64,000 nt of DNA, from positions 145,026-209,025 of the forward strand of contig CAVUEQ010000001.1 of the NCBI GenBank assembly GCA_963740635.1. Reading direction: 5' to 3'. Below the pieces are notes generated by a model. The model saw nothing but the letters and a program-made list of their open reading frames with translations. It was not told the origin of the DNA and searched no databases. The position numbers and the translations under genes were made by a program. The stretch is from an uncultured bacterium (lineage in GTDB: Bacteria > Patescibacteriota > Saccharimonadia > UBA4664). This document shows positions 7,648 to 17,770 of this stretch, in pieces (the first letter of the stretch is position 1; every line of letters begins with the position of its first letter).

Positions 7648-9195
7648 ATGAGCGGCATGACTGAGCAAAATAATCGGGATTGGCTAGACCAGCTGGCGGA
7701 GCAGGTGACGGAGCGTTACCCACAGGGGGAGATTGTGGTGTCGAGCGGGCACTCGCCGTCCGGAACCTACCATGTGGGCACGCTGCGCGAAATAATGACG
7801 GCCAACGCCATCACCTGGGCGCTGAAGAAGGCCGGGCGTGACGCCAAGCACATCGATTTTATCGACGACTTCGACGCGTTTCGGAAGGTTCCGAAATTTG
7901 TTCCAGAGGAATGGGCCAAGTATGTCGGGCAGCCGGTGAGCGTGGTGCCGGATCCGTTCGGCTGCCACGGTAATTACAGCGAGCATTTCGTGACCCAGCT
8001 GCATGAGGGATTGATGGCACTCGGCGCCATGCCCGATGAGACGGTGTATGGGCACGATACGTACCCCAGCGGGGTGTTGGCCGACCAGATCGTGGCGGCG
8101 CTCGATAAGCTGGATGAAGCCCGCCAAATTTTGACGGAGGTTGGCGGGAGGCAGCTCGACGAACATTGGTCGCCGGTGCAGATTCTGGATGAGAATAATA
8201 ATCTGCGCACGCGGAAATTTGCCGGCTGGGACAGTGCCAAGCGCGAGGTGACCTGGCGCGGCAACCAGGGGGAGTCCGGCGTGGTGGCGGCCGGCAGCGG
8301 GCTGGTGAAGCTGGACTGGCGGCTGGATTGGCCGGCGCGGTGGGCGAAGTGGGGCGTGCGGGTGGAGCCGTTTGGGCGCGACCATGCTACCAAGGGCGGG
8401 TCGTACGATACCGGCAAGGTGCTCGTGGAGCGGATATTCGGCGGCACAGCGCCCTATCCGGTGCCGTATGAGTTTATTAATTCGATAGGCGAGACCAAGA
8501 AAATGAGCAAGTCGGTGGGCAATGTGCTCACGCCCCAGGATGCGCTCGAGGTAATGCCGCCGGAGATTTTGCGCTACTTCGTGATATCGGCCCGGCCCGG
8601 GCGGACGCTGAATTTTGATTCCGGCTTGGGTCTGTACACTCTGATCGATGGATTTTCCCGGGCCGATGCGTCCGCGCCGACCACGGCGATGGAATACGCC
8701 CGGGCCGGTTCGAAGGCCGGGATGATCGCCCGGGTTCCGTTTAACCATTTGGTGGCAGTGTTTCAGGCGGCGCGCGAGCGGCCGGAAGAGGTGCGGGCAA
8801 TTCTTGAACGCACGGGTTATGCCGATGCTGTTCGTGACGAGTGGCCGGTGGTCGAGCGGGAGCTGGGGTTTGTGAAGAACTGGCTGGAAAAATACGCGCC
8901 TGACAGTGTGAAATTCCGGGTGCAGGATAAGCTGCCGGAGGCAGAGCTGACTGCCGAGGCGAGGACATTCTTGGCCAAATTGGCCGCTACGATGGAAGCC
9001 GAGAAAGACTTGAACGGGCAGGGGATGCATGACGCGATTTATGCGGCGTCAGAGGTGGCGGGGATTAAGCCTAGTCAGGCGTTTATGGCTTTGTACAGGG
9101 TAATTTTGGGGCAGGACTCCGGGCCTAAGGCCGGGTGGTTTTTGGCTTCGCTGGACCGCGAGTGGCTGGTGCGGCGGCTGCGGCTGGAGGCCTAG
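7648..9195 (+). CDS. lysK: lysyl-tRNA synthetase, class I type
   Basis: SPSGTYHVGTLRE (HIGH-like) and KKMSKSVGN (KMSKS). The architecture is unlike class II LysRS. Start chosen at the ATG at 7648 (MSGMTEQ); 7657 is also possible. Confidence 0.88.
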   Translation: MSGMTEQNNRDWLDQLAEQVTERYPQGEIVVSSGHSPSGTYHVGTLREIMTANAITWALKKAGRDAKHIDFIDDFDAFRKVPKFVPEEWAKYVGQPVSVVPDPFGCHGNYSEHFVTQLHEGLMALGAMPDETVYGHDTYPSGVLADQIVAALDKLDEARQILTEVGGRQLDEHWSPVQILDENNNLRTRKFAGWDSAKREVTWRGNQGESGVVAAGSGLVKLDWRLDWPARWAKWGVRVEPFGRDHATKGGSYDTGKVLVERIFGGTAPYPVPYEFINSIGETKKMSKSVGNVLTPQDALEVMPPEILRYFVISARPGRTLNFDSGLGLYTLIDGFSRADASAPTTAMEYARAGSKAGMIARVPFNHLVAVFQAARERPEEVRAILERTGYADAVRDEWPVVERELGFVKNWLEKYAPDSVKFRVQDKLPEAELTAEARTFLAKLAATMEAEKDLNGQGMHDAIYAASEVAGIKPSQAFMALYRVILGQDSGPKAGWFLASLDREWLVRRLRLEA

Positions 9196-9633
9196 TTGGC
9201 GGGGAAGGCAATAAAGCTTGGGGTGGGCATTATGTTGCTGAACGAGGCCGGGCAGGTGCTGCTGGGGCGGCGCAAGCACGCCGAGAACGGGCCGGGAGAA
9301 TTTGCGATGCCGGGAGGGCAAATTGAATATGGGGAGAGCTTTGAGGCCGCGATGCGCAGGGAGCTGGCGGAGGAATGCGGGGATCATCTGCGCATTGAGG
9401 GTTTGCGCAAAATCAGCGTGATTAACTGGCGCCGGCCCGGGCGCGACCAATGGCTGGGATTTGGCGGGTTTGCTCGCCTAGTGGAGGGTGAACCAAAGCA
9501 AATGGAGCCCTATAAAATGGGGGCGTGGGGGTGGTATGAGCTTGATGCGCTGCCGAGACCGCTATACGAGCCGTCAGCGTGGAATATTGAGGCCTACCAG
9601 ACCGGCAAAGTTTGGTTTGATAGTGATGATTAG
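9196..9633 (+). CDS. NUDIX hydrolase
   Basis: Nudix box GGQIEYGESFEAAMRRELAEECG. TTG start lies directly after the lysK stop. Confidence 0.8.
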   Translation: MAGKAIKLGVGIMLLNEAGQVLLGRRKHAENGPGEFAMPGGQIEYGESFEAAMRRELAEECGDHLRIEGLRKISVINWRRPGRDQWLGFGGFARLVEGEPKQMEPYKMGAWGWYELDALPRPLYEPSAWNIEAYQTGKVWFDSDD

Positions 9634-9721
9634 GCTTCTAAGTGAAAGTCAGGGCGCCTGCCCGTCTTGGAATTTTTAGCTTTCCCGCGCCAGCCCGCAG
9701 GAGTTTTATACGCTGCTGGCT

Positions 9722-10009
9722 TTGACCGATAAAACCCTGCATGGCTACGGGATTCGGGATGAAGTTGCATTCATTTCTGAGAGTTCCGTAATAATGGCGA
9801 CGGGGACTGTATACAGCTTGCTTAAAAGGCTGGTCAGTAAGAGATGGGTCGAGCGAGTGAATTCGCTAGGTGAACGTTCAAAAGTAACTATTCGATATAG
9901 ACTGACCGAAAGCTGGCGCCGGCATCTCGAACTGGAAGCTCGACGGCTACGGCGAGCCGCGGATCATGCTCGATATAAATTATCCGTTTCGCAAAAGTTT
10001 TTATCTTAA
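9722..10009 (+). CDS. PadR-family winged-helix regulator (start uncertain or N-terminus truncated)
   Basis: LHGYGIRDEV...GTVYSLLKRLVSKRWVE...RYRLTE is PadR-like. The only in-frame start is TTG at 9722. Helix-1-like residues lie upstream of it, behind a TAG at 9677. Confidence 0.65.
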   Translation: MTDKTLHGYGIRDEVAFISESSVIMATGTVYSLLKRLVSKRWVERVNSLGERSKVTIRYRLTESWRRHLELEARRLRRAADHARYKLSVSQKFLS

Positions 10010-10018
10010 CGCTCACGT

Positions 10019-10047
10019 TTGTGGAGCTGAGCTCGCCGACGTATAAT
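10019..10047 (+). promoter_or_regulatory. candidate serS promoter (TTGTGG-17-TATAAT)
   Basis: TTGTGG at 10019-10024 and consensus TATAAT at 10042-10047, 20 nt before the serS ATG. Confidence 0.4.
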
Positions 10048-10067
10048 TGAGGCACAATGGAGGCAAA

Positions 10068-11300
10068 ATGATAGATATCCGCGAGCTTCGCGCTAAGCCT
10101 GACGTGTACCGAGAAGCCGCTAAATCGAAGGGAATCGGCGAGCGCTATGTCGACGAGACCCTGGCCTGCGATGAGCACCGGCGCAAGCTCCTGACCGAGG
10201 TCGAGCAGCTTCGCAGCCAGCTCAACGTCAAGGGCAAGCCGACTCCCGCCCAGCTCAAGCAACTCCAAGAAGTGAAGGCCGAACTGGCAGATCTCGAGGG
10301 CAAATTGAACAAAATAAATACTCAATTTGAGGATGCCATAGCCCGAATCCCGAATTTGCTGGCGCCGGGCACGCCGGAGGGCGGTGAAGAAGCCAACCGC
10401 GAGGAGCGGACGTGGGGCGAGCACCCGAAGTTTGAGTTCGCGCCCAAGGACCACCAGGAGCTGGCCGAGGCGCACGGTTGGTTGGATTTTGAGCGCGGAG
10501 CCAAGGTGGCGGGCAGTAAGTTTTATTACCTGTTTGGGCCGCTGGTGAAGCTGGAACTGGCCATTACTAATATGGTTGTGGATATGCTCGAGTATCAGGG
10601 TTTTGTGCCGGCCATAGTGCCCAACCTGGTGACCTCGCGCGTGGCGGCCGGGTCCGGGTATTTGCCGAGAGGGGAGGAGCGGCAAATTTACAAAATCGAG
10701 GGGGAGGATCTCAACCTGATCGCCACCTCGGAGATGGCTCTCACCGGATTGTACGCCGATGAAATTCTGGAGCAGGCGCAGTTGCCCAAGACATTCGTGG
10801 GTTACAGCCCGTCGTACCGGATGGAGGCGGGGGCTTATGGCAAGTACTCGAAGGGTTTGTACCGGGTGCACCAGTTTAACAAGCTGGAAATGTACGTGTT
10901 TTGCCGGCCGGATGACAGCGCCCAATGGCACGAAAAGCTGCTGGCATTGGAGGAAAAAATCTGCCACACGCTGGAGCTGCCGTACCGGGTGGTCCGGATA
11001 GCGGCGGGTGACATGGGCGCGCCGGCCTATAAAAAATTTGACGTGGAGTATTGGTCGCCATTGGAGCAAACTTATCGAGAGCTAATGAGTGTTTCGAACG
11101 TTACGGATTACCAGGCGCGGAGGCTGAATATCAGATACCGCGACGCTGAGGGCAAAGTCCAATATGTGCATACGCTAAATGGCACGGCGGCGGCGTTTAG
11201 CCGGATGCCGATCGCCATAATTGAGAATTTCCAGCAGGCCGACGGGAAGGTAAAGGTCCCGGAAGCTTTGGTGAAGTATTACGGGAAGGAGTGGGTATGA
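10068..11300 (+). CDS. serS: seryl-tRNA synthetase
   Basis: GGAGG RBS plus ATG at 10068. N-terminal coiled-coil arm. Class II motifs GLYRVHQFNKLE and LNGTAAAFSR. Confidence 0.95.
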   Translation: MIDIRELRAKPDVYREAAKSKGIGERYVDETLACDEHRRKLLTEVEQLRSQLNVKGKPTPAQLKQLQEVKAELADLEGKLNKINTQFEDAIARIPNLLAPGTPEGGEEANREERTWGEHPKFEFAPKDHQELAEAHGWLDFERGAKVAGSKFYYLFGPLVKLELAITNMVVDMLEYQGFVPAIVPNLVTSRVAAGSGYLPRGEERQIYKIEGEDLNLIATSEMALTGLYADEILEQAQLPKTFVGYSPSYRMEAGAYGKYSKGLYRVHQFNKLEMYVFCRPDDSAQWHEKLLALEEKICHTLELPYRVVRIAAGDMGAPAYKKFDVEYWSPLEQTYRELMSVSNVTDYQARRLNIRYRDAEGKVQYVHTLNGTAAAFSRMPIAIIENFQQADGKVKVPEALVKYYGKEWV

Positions 11301-11698
11301 TGAAGTGCGATGTGACCGGGCGGAATTTCGGGGTCGACGACAAAATGCGGGCTTACATTGATGAGAAAATTGGCGGGTTGGAGAAATACCTGCCGCGGCA
11401 GGTCCGCGAAACCGCCAGCTGCGCGGTGGTGCTGGAGGATGACCCGAGCGGGCGCGAGGACAACCGTTACGTCTGCGACGCCGTGCTGACGGTGCGCGGC
11501 GCCCAGCTCGTGAGCCGGGAGGGGACGGTGAACGTATACGCGGCGGTGGACATAGTGGAGGCTAAGCTGCACGCTCAGCTGGCGAAGTACAAGGACAAGC
11601 ACACGCTGGAGCCGCGGCGCGGCCGCATGCTGCCCAAATGGCTGGGGCGGCGGACCGGGAAGGCCGAGACCCCGACAAGTCCGGACACAGCGGAGTAG
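11297..11698 (+). CDS. hpf: ribosome hibernation promoting factor / RaiA family
   Basis: VTGRNFGVDDKMRAYIDEKIGGLEKY...NVYAAVDIVEAKLHAQLAKYKDK is HPF/YfiA-like. ATGA overlap with serS. Confidence 0.85.
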   Translation: MMKCDVTGRNFGVDDKMRAYIDEKIGGLEKYLPRQVRETASCAVVLEDDPSGREDNRYVCDAVLTVRGAQLVSREGTVNVYAAVDIVEAKLHAQLAKYKDKHTLEPRRGRMLPKWLGRRTGKAETPTSPDTAE

Positions 11699-11709
11699 AA
11701 TAGAACTTT

Positions 11710-14305
11710 ATGGCCTATAAACTGCTAACAAAAATCTTAGGTGACCCCAACGTCCGCGAAGTCAAGCGGGCGCGGGCGCAGGTGGAGCGGGCGGGCGCCC
11801 ATGAGGCCGCCATGAAGAAGCTCGGTGATGAAGCGCTCAAGGAGCAGACGGCGAAGTTTAAGAAACGCCTGGAGAAGGGCGAAGCGCTGGACAAGCTGCT
11901 GCCGGAGGCGTTCGCGGCGGTGCGCGAGGCGGCCGGCCGGGTGATAGGACAAAGGCATTATGACGTGCAGTTTGTGGGCGGAATTGTGCTTCACCAAGGC
12001 AAAATCGCTGAGATGCGGACCGGTGAAGGCAAGACGCTGGTGGCTACGGCGCCGTCGTATCTGAACGCATTGACCGGCAAGGGCGTGCATGTGGTGACCG
12101 TCAACGATTACCTGGCGAGTTTGCACGGCGGCTGGATGGGTTCGGTGTACTACGCGCTGGGCCTGACGACCGGCGTGATCGTGCACGATGCTGCCTACGT
12201 GTACGACCCCGAGTTCAATAGCCAGGAGCACTCCGATGACCGTATGAACCACCTGCGGGCAGTGAGCCGGCAGGAGGCCTACCAGGCCGACATCACCTAC
12301 GGCACCAACAATGAATTCGGCTTTGATTACCTGCGCGACAATATGGTGGACGACCTGAGCAAGATGGTGCAGCGGCCGTTACACTTCGCCATCGTGGACG
12401 AGGTGGACTCGATATTGATCGATGAGGCCCGGACGCCGCTGATTATTTCAGCGCCGGCCAATGAGGCCACCGACAAGTATTATGACTTCGCGCGGCTGGC
12501 CGGCACACTGACGCCGGAAACCGATTATACGCTCGATGAGAAACTAAAGGCCGTAAGCCTCACTGACGAAGGGGTGGAGAAGATTGAGCGGGCGCTGGGC
12601 ATAGACAACGTGTATGAAGCCGGCCGCATCGACGATGTGCATCAATTGAGCAAGCGGTGCGGGCGCAGGCGCTGTACCTGCGCGACAAGGATTACGTGGT
12701 GCGCGAAGGCGAAATTATCATCGTGGATGAATTTACCGGCCGCCTGATGCCGGGCCGGCGCTGGAACGAAGGGTTGCACCAGGCTATGGAGGCCAAAGAG
12801 GGCGTTGAGATCCAGCAGGAGTCGCTGACGCTGGCCACGATAACATTTCAAAACTATTTCCGGCTGTACGAAAAACTATCTGGAATGACCGGTACGGCGG
12901 CAACGGAAAAGGAGGAGTTTCACAAGATTTACAAACTGGATGTGGTGACAATCCCGACGCACCGGCCGATGGTGCGTAACGACATGCCCGACCGGATATA
13001 TAAGAGCGAGGCCGGCAAATTCCGGTCGGTGGCCAGGGAGGTGGCGGCGATGCACGAGAAGGGCCAGCCGGTGCTGATAGGTACCGTCAGCATCGCCAAG
13101 AACGAGCTGCTGAGCCAGTATTTGAACGAGCTGGGCGTGCCGCACCAGGTGCTAAATGCCAAGAACAACGAGACAGAAGCCGAGACCATCGCGTCGGCCG
13201 GGCGGCGCGGGGCGGTGACGCTGGCGACCAACATTGCCGGCCGCGGTACCGACATTATGCTGGAGCGGGGGTGGACAAACTGGGCGGGTTGCACGTGCTG
13301 GGTACTGAGCGCCACGAGAGCCGGCGGATTGATAACCAGCTGCGCGGCCGGACCGGACGCCAGGGCGACCCGGGTTCGAGCCAGTTTTATGTGAGCCTGG
13401 AAGACGACCTGATGCGCATATTCGGCTGCGAGCGCATTGCCGGAATTATGGACTCGCTGGGACTCGACGACGAGACGCCGATAGAGAACAAGCTGGTGAG
13501 CCGCAGTCTCGAGAGCGCGCAGAAGAAGGTGGAGGGGCACAACTTCGATACCCGCAAGCAACTGGTGGAGTATGACGATGTCATGAACCGGCATCGCGAG
13601 GTGATCTATGCGCGGCGGCGCAAAGCTTTGGCGGCCGAGACTCTGCGCGAAGACATAATGGAAATGATGCGCAAAGAAGTGGCGGCGATGGTGGTGGCGC
13701 ACACGAACGCCCGCACCGGCGAGCTTGATAACGAGGCCTTGCGCGAGGCAATTTCGAGCATTGTGCCGGTGCTGGATGAATTGTCGCGGAAGCTCGAGGG
13801 AGCGCACGAAAGCGAAATAACCGGCCTGGTGATGGATGAGGCAACGGCGGTGTACGATGCGCGCACCGAATCATTCAGTGAGCCGGTGATGCGGATGGTG
13901 GAGCGGTTTACCTATATTAACGCTCTAGACCGGCTTTGGATTGAACATTTGGAGGCGATGGACAGTCTGAGGTCGGGGATAGGGCTACGGGCGATTGGGC
14001 AGAAGGAACCGCTGGTGGAGTACAAGCGTGAGGGCTTTAGGATGTTTAAACAACTGATTGCGCTGCTTGATGCCGAAGTGGCGACGATGATCTTTAAGGT
14101 GAGCATTAGCACCAACGCGCCTCCGGTAGCGGCGCCGGTGGAAACGGCGCTCACGCGGGCGGCGGAGCAGGCCTCCACCAACGCCGGCGCCGATGGGGTC
14201 CAGGCTCCAGGATTGGCCGGCGGGCCCTCGCGGCAGGAGCGGCGGGCCAAAACCCGGCCGATCGGAAGCAACAGCGCCACTAAAAAACACAAAAAGCGCA
14301 GGTGA
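11710..14305 (+). pseudogene. secA: preprotein translocase ATPase SecA, interrupted by two -1 frame changes (pseudogene or sequence error)
   Basis: Three consecutive ORFs (frames 1, 0, 2) together give a colinear SecA. Motifs: [84 protein letters not shown]. The breaks are near 12640-12650 and in the G5 run at 13267-13271. Confidence 0.85.
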
Positions 14306-15588
14306 GTATGAAAGTCGCAGTGATCGGTGGCGGGGTCGAGGGGCAAGCGGCAATACGGTATTGGACAGCCAAAGGCGCTGAGGTAACGGTGCACGACCAG
14401 AACCCACAGCTGCGGGTGCCCGAGGGGACCAAAACAGTACTGGGTGAGGATTACCTCAAGGGCCTGGGCAAGTACGACCTGGTGGTGCGCTCGCCGGGCG
14501 TTAAACCAAGCAGCATTAAGACGTCGGCGCCGGTGACTTCGGGCGTGCGGGAGTTTTTTGAGCACTGCCCGGCGCGCATTATCGGTATTACCGGCACCAA
14601 GGGCAAGGGCACGACCGCATCGCTGATCGCGCGCATATTGGGCGAGGCCGGGTGGCGGGTGTGGCTGGGCGGCAACATTGGCCGCTCGCCGCTGGATTTT
14701 TTGGGCAAAGTGAAGGCCAGCGAGCTGGTGGTGCTGGAATTATCGAGTTTTCAGTTGATGGACCTGGACGTCAGCCCGCATATCGCGGTGTGTTTGATGA
14801 TCGCGCCGGAGCACCTCGATTGGCATAAGAATATCCGTGAATACGTGGCGGCCAAGGGCAATTTGTTTTGGCATCAGCAGCCAGGTGACGTGGCCATTTA
14901 CGATGCCGAGAATGATTATTCAACCCAAATTGCCCAACTGTCGCCGGGGAATAAAGTGCCGTACCTCAAAGCGCCCGGGGCCAGGATTGAAAGCGGCAAG
15001 ATTGTGATTGCAGGCGCCCAGATTTGCCGGACCAGCGAGGTGGGGCTGATTGGCCCGCACAACCTGGAGAATGTGTGCGCGGCGGTGACCGCGGCCCACG
15101 AGATCCTGGGCGACAACCTGGACCCGGTGCGGCGGGCGGTGCGCGACTTTAGGGGCCTGGAGCACCGGCTGGAGTACGCCGGCGAGATTGACGGCGCGAA
15201 GTATTACGACGATTCGTTTTCGACGACGCCCGAGACGGCTATGGCGGCCATCGCGTCGTTTGCCGGACCGAAGGTGCTGATACTGGGCGGGTCGGACAAG
15301 AAATCGAACTACACGGAGCTGGGACGGGCGGTGGCGCGCGGGAACGTCCGCGAGGTGGTGCTGGCGGGGCAGATGGCCGGCAAACTGCGCGAGGCCCTGA
15401 CTGCGTCCGGCTTCACTGCTATCAGGCGCGGTGGCAGTACGATGGATGAAATTATGGATGATGTAAAGATTGCCGCGCGGCCGGGTGACGTGGTGCTGTT
15501 ATCGCCGGCGTGCGCGTCGTTTGATATGTTCCGCAACTATAAAGACCGTGGTGACCAGTTCAAGGCGGCAGTGAAGCGCAGGGCCTGA
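14302..15588 (+). CDS. murD: UDP-N-acetylmuramoylalanine--D-glutamate ligase
   Basis: VAVIGGGVEGQA Rossmann N-terminus and the Mur ligase P-loop GITGTKGKGTT. GTGA overlap with the secA stop (an alternative ATG is at 14308). Confidence 0.9.
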   Translation: MSMKVAVIGGGVEGQAAIRYWTAKGAEVTVHDQNPQLRVPEGTKTVLGEDYLKGLGKYDLVVRSPGVKPSSIKTSAPVTSGVREFFEHCPARIIGITGTKGKGTTASLIARILGEAGWRVWLGGNIGRSPLDFLGKVKASELVVLELSSFQLMDLDVSPHIAVCLMIAPEHLDWHKNIREYVAAKGNLFWHQQPGDVAIYDAENDYSTQIAQLSPGNKVPYLKAPGARIESGKIVIAGAQICRTSEVGLIGPHNLENVCAAVTAAHEILGDNLDPVRRAVRDFRGLEHRLEYAGEIDGAKYYDDSFSTTPETAMAAIASFAGPKVLILGGSDKKSNYTELGRAVARGNVREVVLAGQMAGKLREALTASGFTAIRRGGSTMDEIMDDVKIAARPGDVVLLSPACASFDMFRNYKDRGDQFKAAVKRRA

Positions 15589-15589
15589 G

Positions 15590-16387
15590 ATGGCGAAGGC
15601 CGCAAAGCCGGTGGCGCTGGTGACGGGGGTGTCCGGGGGTATTGGCCTGGCGACGGCGAGAGCGTTTGCGGCGCGCGGGTGGATAGTGGTGGGAACTGTG
15701 CGGGGCCGGTCGCGCCCGGCGGCGTTGCGCGGGGCGGCTTTGGATTTGCAGGCGGCCGACATGCTCAAGCCGCGCGACTTGGAGCGGGTGGTGAAAACGG
15801 CTTGGCGTACGTACGGCCGCCTTGACGCGCTGGTGTGCAATGCCGGCTACGGGCTGCTGGGGTCGATTGACACGCTGGATTACGCCCAAATGGAGGAGGA
15901 AATTAAGGTCAACGTGGTGGCGCAGGCCGAGTTGGCGCGGCAAGTTGTGCCGCTGATGCGCCGCCAGCGCAGCGGCGTAATTATCGGGATGTCGAGTATG
16001 GCCGGGCGCATGGGGTTTAGCGGCTACAGCCTGTATTCGGCTTCGAAGTACGCTCTGGAGGGTTTGTTTGAAGCCTTGCACATGGAGCTGGCGCCGAGCG
16101 GTGTGCGGGTGAAACTGATTGAGCCGAGCTCGGTCGAGACCAGCTTTTGGACTAATTTGCAATACGGGCGGGGGCAGCAAAGCGGGGTTGATCATGGGTT
16201 TGGAAGCGGGCATGGCAAGGGCTTGCCGGCGAGCGCCGTGGCGGCGACGGTGGTGCGGGCGGCTTTGGACCGCAGCAACCGGCTGCGTTATCCGTTGGGC
16301 CAAACGCGGCTGCTCAACCTGGGCCGGCGAGTGTTGCCCGAGCGATGGTTTTTGAGGCTGATGCGCCGGATTGTGACAGGTAATTAA
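15590..16387 (+). CDS. short-chain dehydrogenase/reductase (SDR)
   Basis: TGVSGGIGLA (TGxxxGxG) and YSASKYALEG (YxxxK). Confidence 0.85.
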   Translation: MAKAAKPVALVTGVSGGIGLATARAFAARGWIVVGTVRGRSRPAALRGAALDLQAADMLKPRDLERVVKTAWRTYGRLDALVCNAGYGLLGSIDTLDYAQMEEEIKVNVVAQAELARQVVPLMRRQRSGVIIGMSSMAGRMGFSGYSLYSASKYALEGLFEALHMELAPSGVRVKLIEPSSVETSFWTNLQYGRGQQSGVDHGFGSGHGKGLPASAVAATVVRAALDRSNRLRYPLGQTRLLNLGRRVLPERWFLRLMRRIVTGN

Positions 16388-16401
16388 GCCAGGAGAGCAC
16401 C

Positions 16402-17679
16402 ATGAAGCACAAGGTTTTTGAACACAAATTGAGCTCGGGGGCAAGCGGTTTGGTGGTCGACGTGCCGGGCAGCGCGGTGGTAAATCTTCGCGTGACGTTC
16501 CATTCAGGTTTCCAGTTTGCCAAGACCGGCAGCTATGAAGTTCCTCATATTATGGAGCACTTGCTGGCAACGGTTACGAAGCGTCACTCAAGGCCGAACG
16601 CGTTTATTATTGACGCGCAACGTAACGGTGCGTACGTTAATGCCTCCACGAGCGCCGAGACCAATGAGTATATATACGAATGTGCCGCCTTTGAGCTGGA
16701 GCGGATCTTGGGCCTGATAGAGGAGCAGATTTGCGAGCCGCTGTTTGCCGAGGCGCCGTTTGAGGCTGAGCGAAGCAACGTGCGGGAGGAGCTTACGCGC
16801 AATACTACGCAGCACGGCTCGGTGTGTGCGATCAAGCTGGCGGAGCAGGCCGCTCCGAAGCTGTGGCTGGATTACCCCGACCGGATAAAGCAGCTCGACA
16901 GCATAAAGCTGGAGGAGCTCCAGGAACATTATGGGGCTACGCACACCGCGGCCAACGCCCGGTTTTATGCGGCCGGGCATTTCCCGGACGGCGGGAAGGA
17001 GCTGGCGGCGCGGTTTGAGGGGCTGTTTGGCCGGCTCCCGCGCGGCCGGCGCCTGGGTTTGGTCCATGACATTGGGCTCGGTAACTCGGCGCCGATAGTA
17101 ACGCATCGTGACATCGACCAGCTGTACTACCGGACTGGTGTATATTTTGGCGAGCTGGATGAGCAGGGGAGGGCCGTGTTCTCGCTGCTGCGGATGCTGC
17201 TGGTGGGGGGCATGGGCTCGCGCGTGCTGGGCGAGGCCCGGCGGCGCGGCTTGGCCTATGGGGTGGGCGGCGTGGCCTACAGTGAGCCGGGCAATAGCGC
17301 CTTTGGGTTTTCGGGCTATGTGACGCCAAAAAACGCCGGGCCGTTGTTTGAGGTGATGGCCCGAAATGTGGCCGGGGTCGCAGACGGCCAGGTGACCGGA
17401 CCAGAGCTGAAGGCCGCCAAAGACCTCCTGGTAGGTTCGGTGATGCGCTCAACCCAAACCGCCTCCGATATTTTGCAATGGTACGTGGACCGGTACGACG
17501 ATGAGGGGGTAATTCACGACTTTGATCAAGGGCTTAAGCGGATAGGAACGGTGACGGTAGACGAAATAGTGGAGCTAATGGGGACGGTCGCGAGTTCCCG
17601 CCGGCGGGGCGTGAGCCTGCTAGGACGGCTCAATACAAGTGAAGCGGCCGGGTACAATGAGGTGCTGCAAAGCGCCTGA
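16402..17679 (+). CDS. M16 (pitrilysin) family zinc peptidase
   Basis: Inverted zinc motif HxxEH = HIMEH near the N-terminus. Length is typical of the family. Confidence 0.8.
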   Translation: MKHKVFEHKLSSGASGLVVDVPGSAVVNLRVTFHSGFQFAKTGSYEVPHIMEHLLATVTKRHSRPNAFIIDAQRNGAYVNASTSAETNEYIYECAAFELERILGLIEEQICEPLFAEAPFEAERSNVREELTRNTTQHGSVCAIKLAEQAAPKLWLDYPDRIKQLDSIKLEELQEHYGATHTAANARFYAAGHFPDGGKELAARFEGLFGRLPRGRRLGLVHDIGLGNSAPIVTHRDIDQLYYRTGVYFGELDEQGRAVFSLLRMLLVGGMGSRVLGEARRRGLAYGVGGVAYSEPGNSAFGFSGYVTPKNAGPLFEVMARNVAGVADGQVTGPELKAAKDLLVGSVMRSTQTASDILQWYVDRYDDEGVIHDFDQGLKRIGTVTVDEIVELMGTVASSRRRGVSLLGRLNTSEAAGYNEVLQSA

Positions 17680-17703
17680 TCTTCAAAAGCGTAACCGTTA
17701 CGA

Positions 17704-17732
17704 TTGACAGCCAGCTTTATTTATGGTATCCT
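17704..17732 (+). promoter_or_regulatory. candidate promoter of LPXTG gene 1 (TTGACA-17-TATCCT)
   Basis: TTGACA at 17704-17709 and TATCCT at 17727-17732. The spacer shares TTATTTATGGTA with the promoter of the paralogue. Confidence 0.45.
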
Positions 17733-17770
17733 GCCTTAACGCTATTTTTGAGTGTTAAGGGAGGCCCGTT

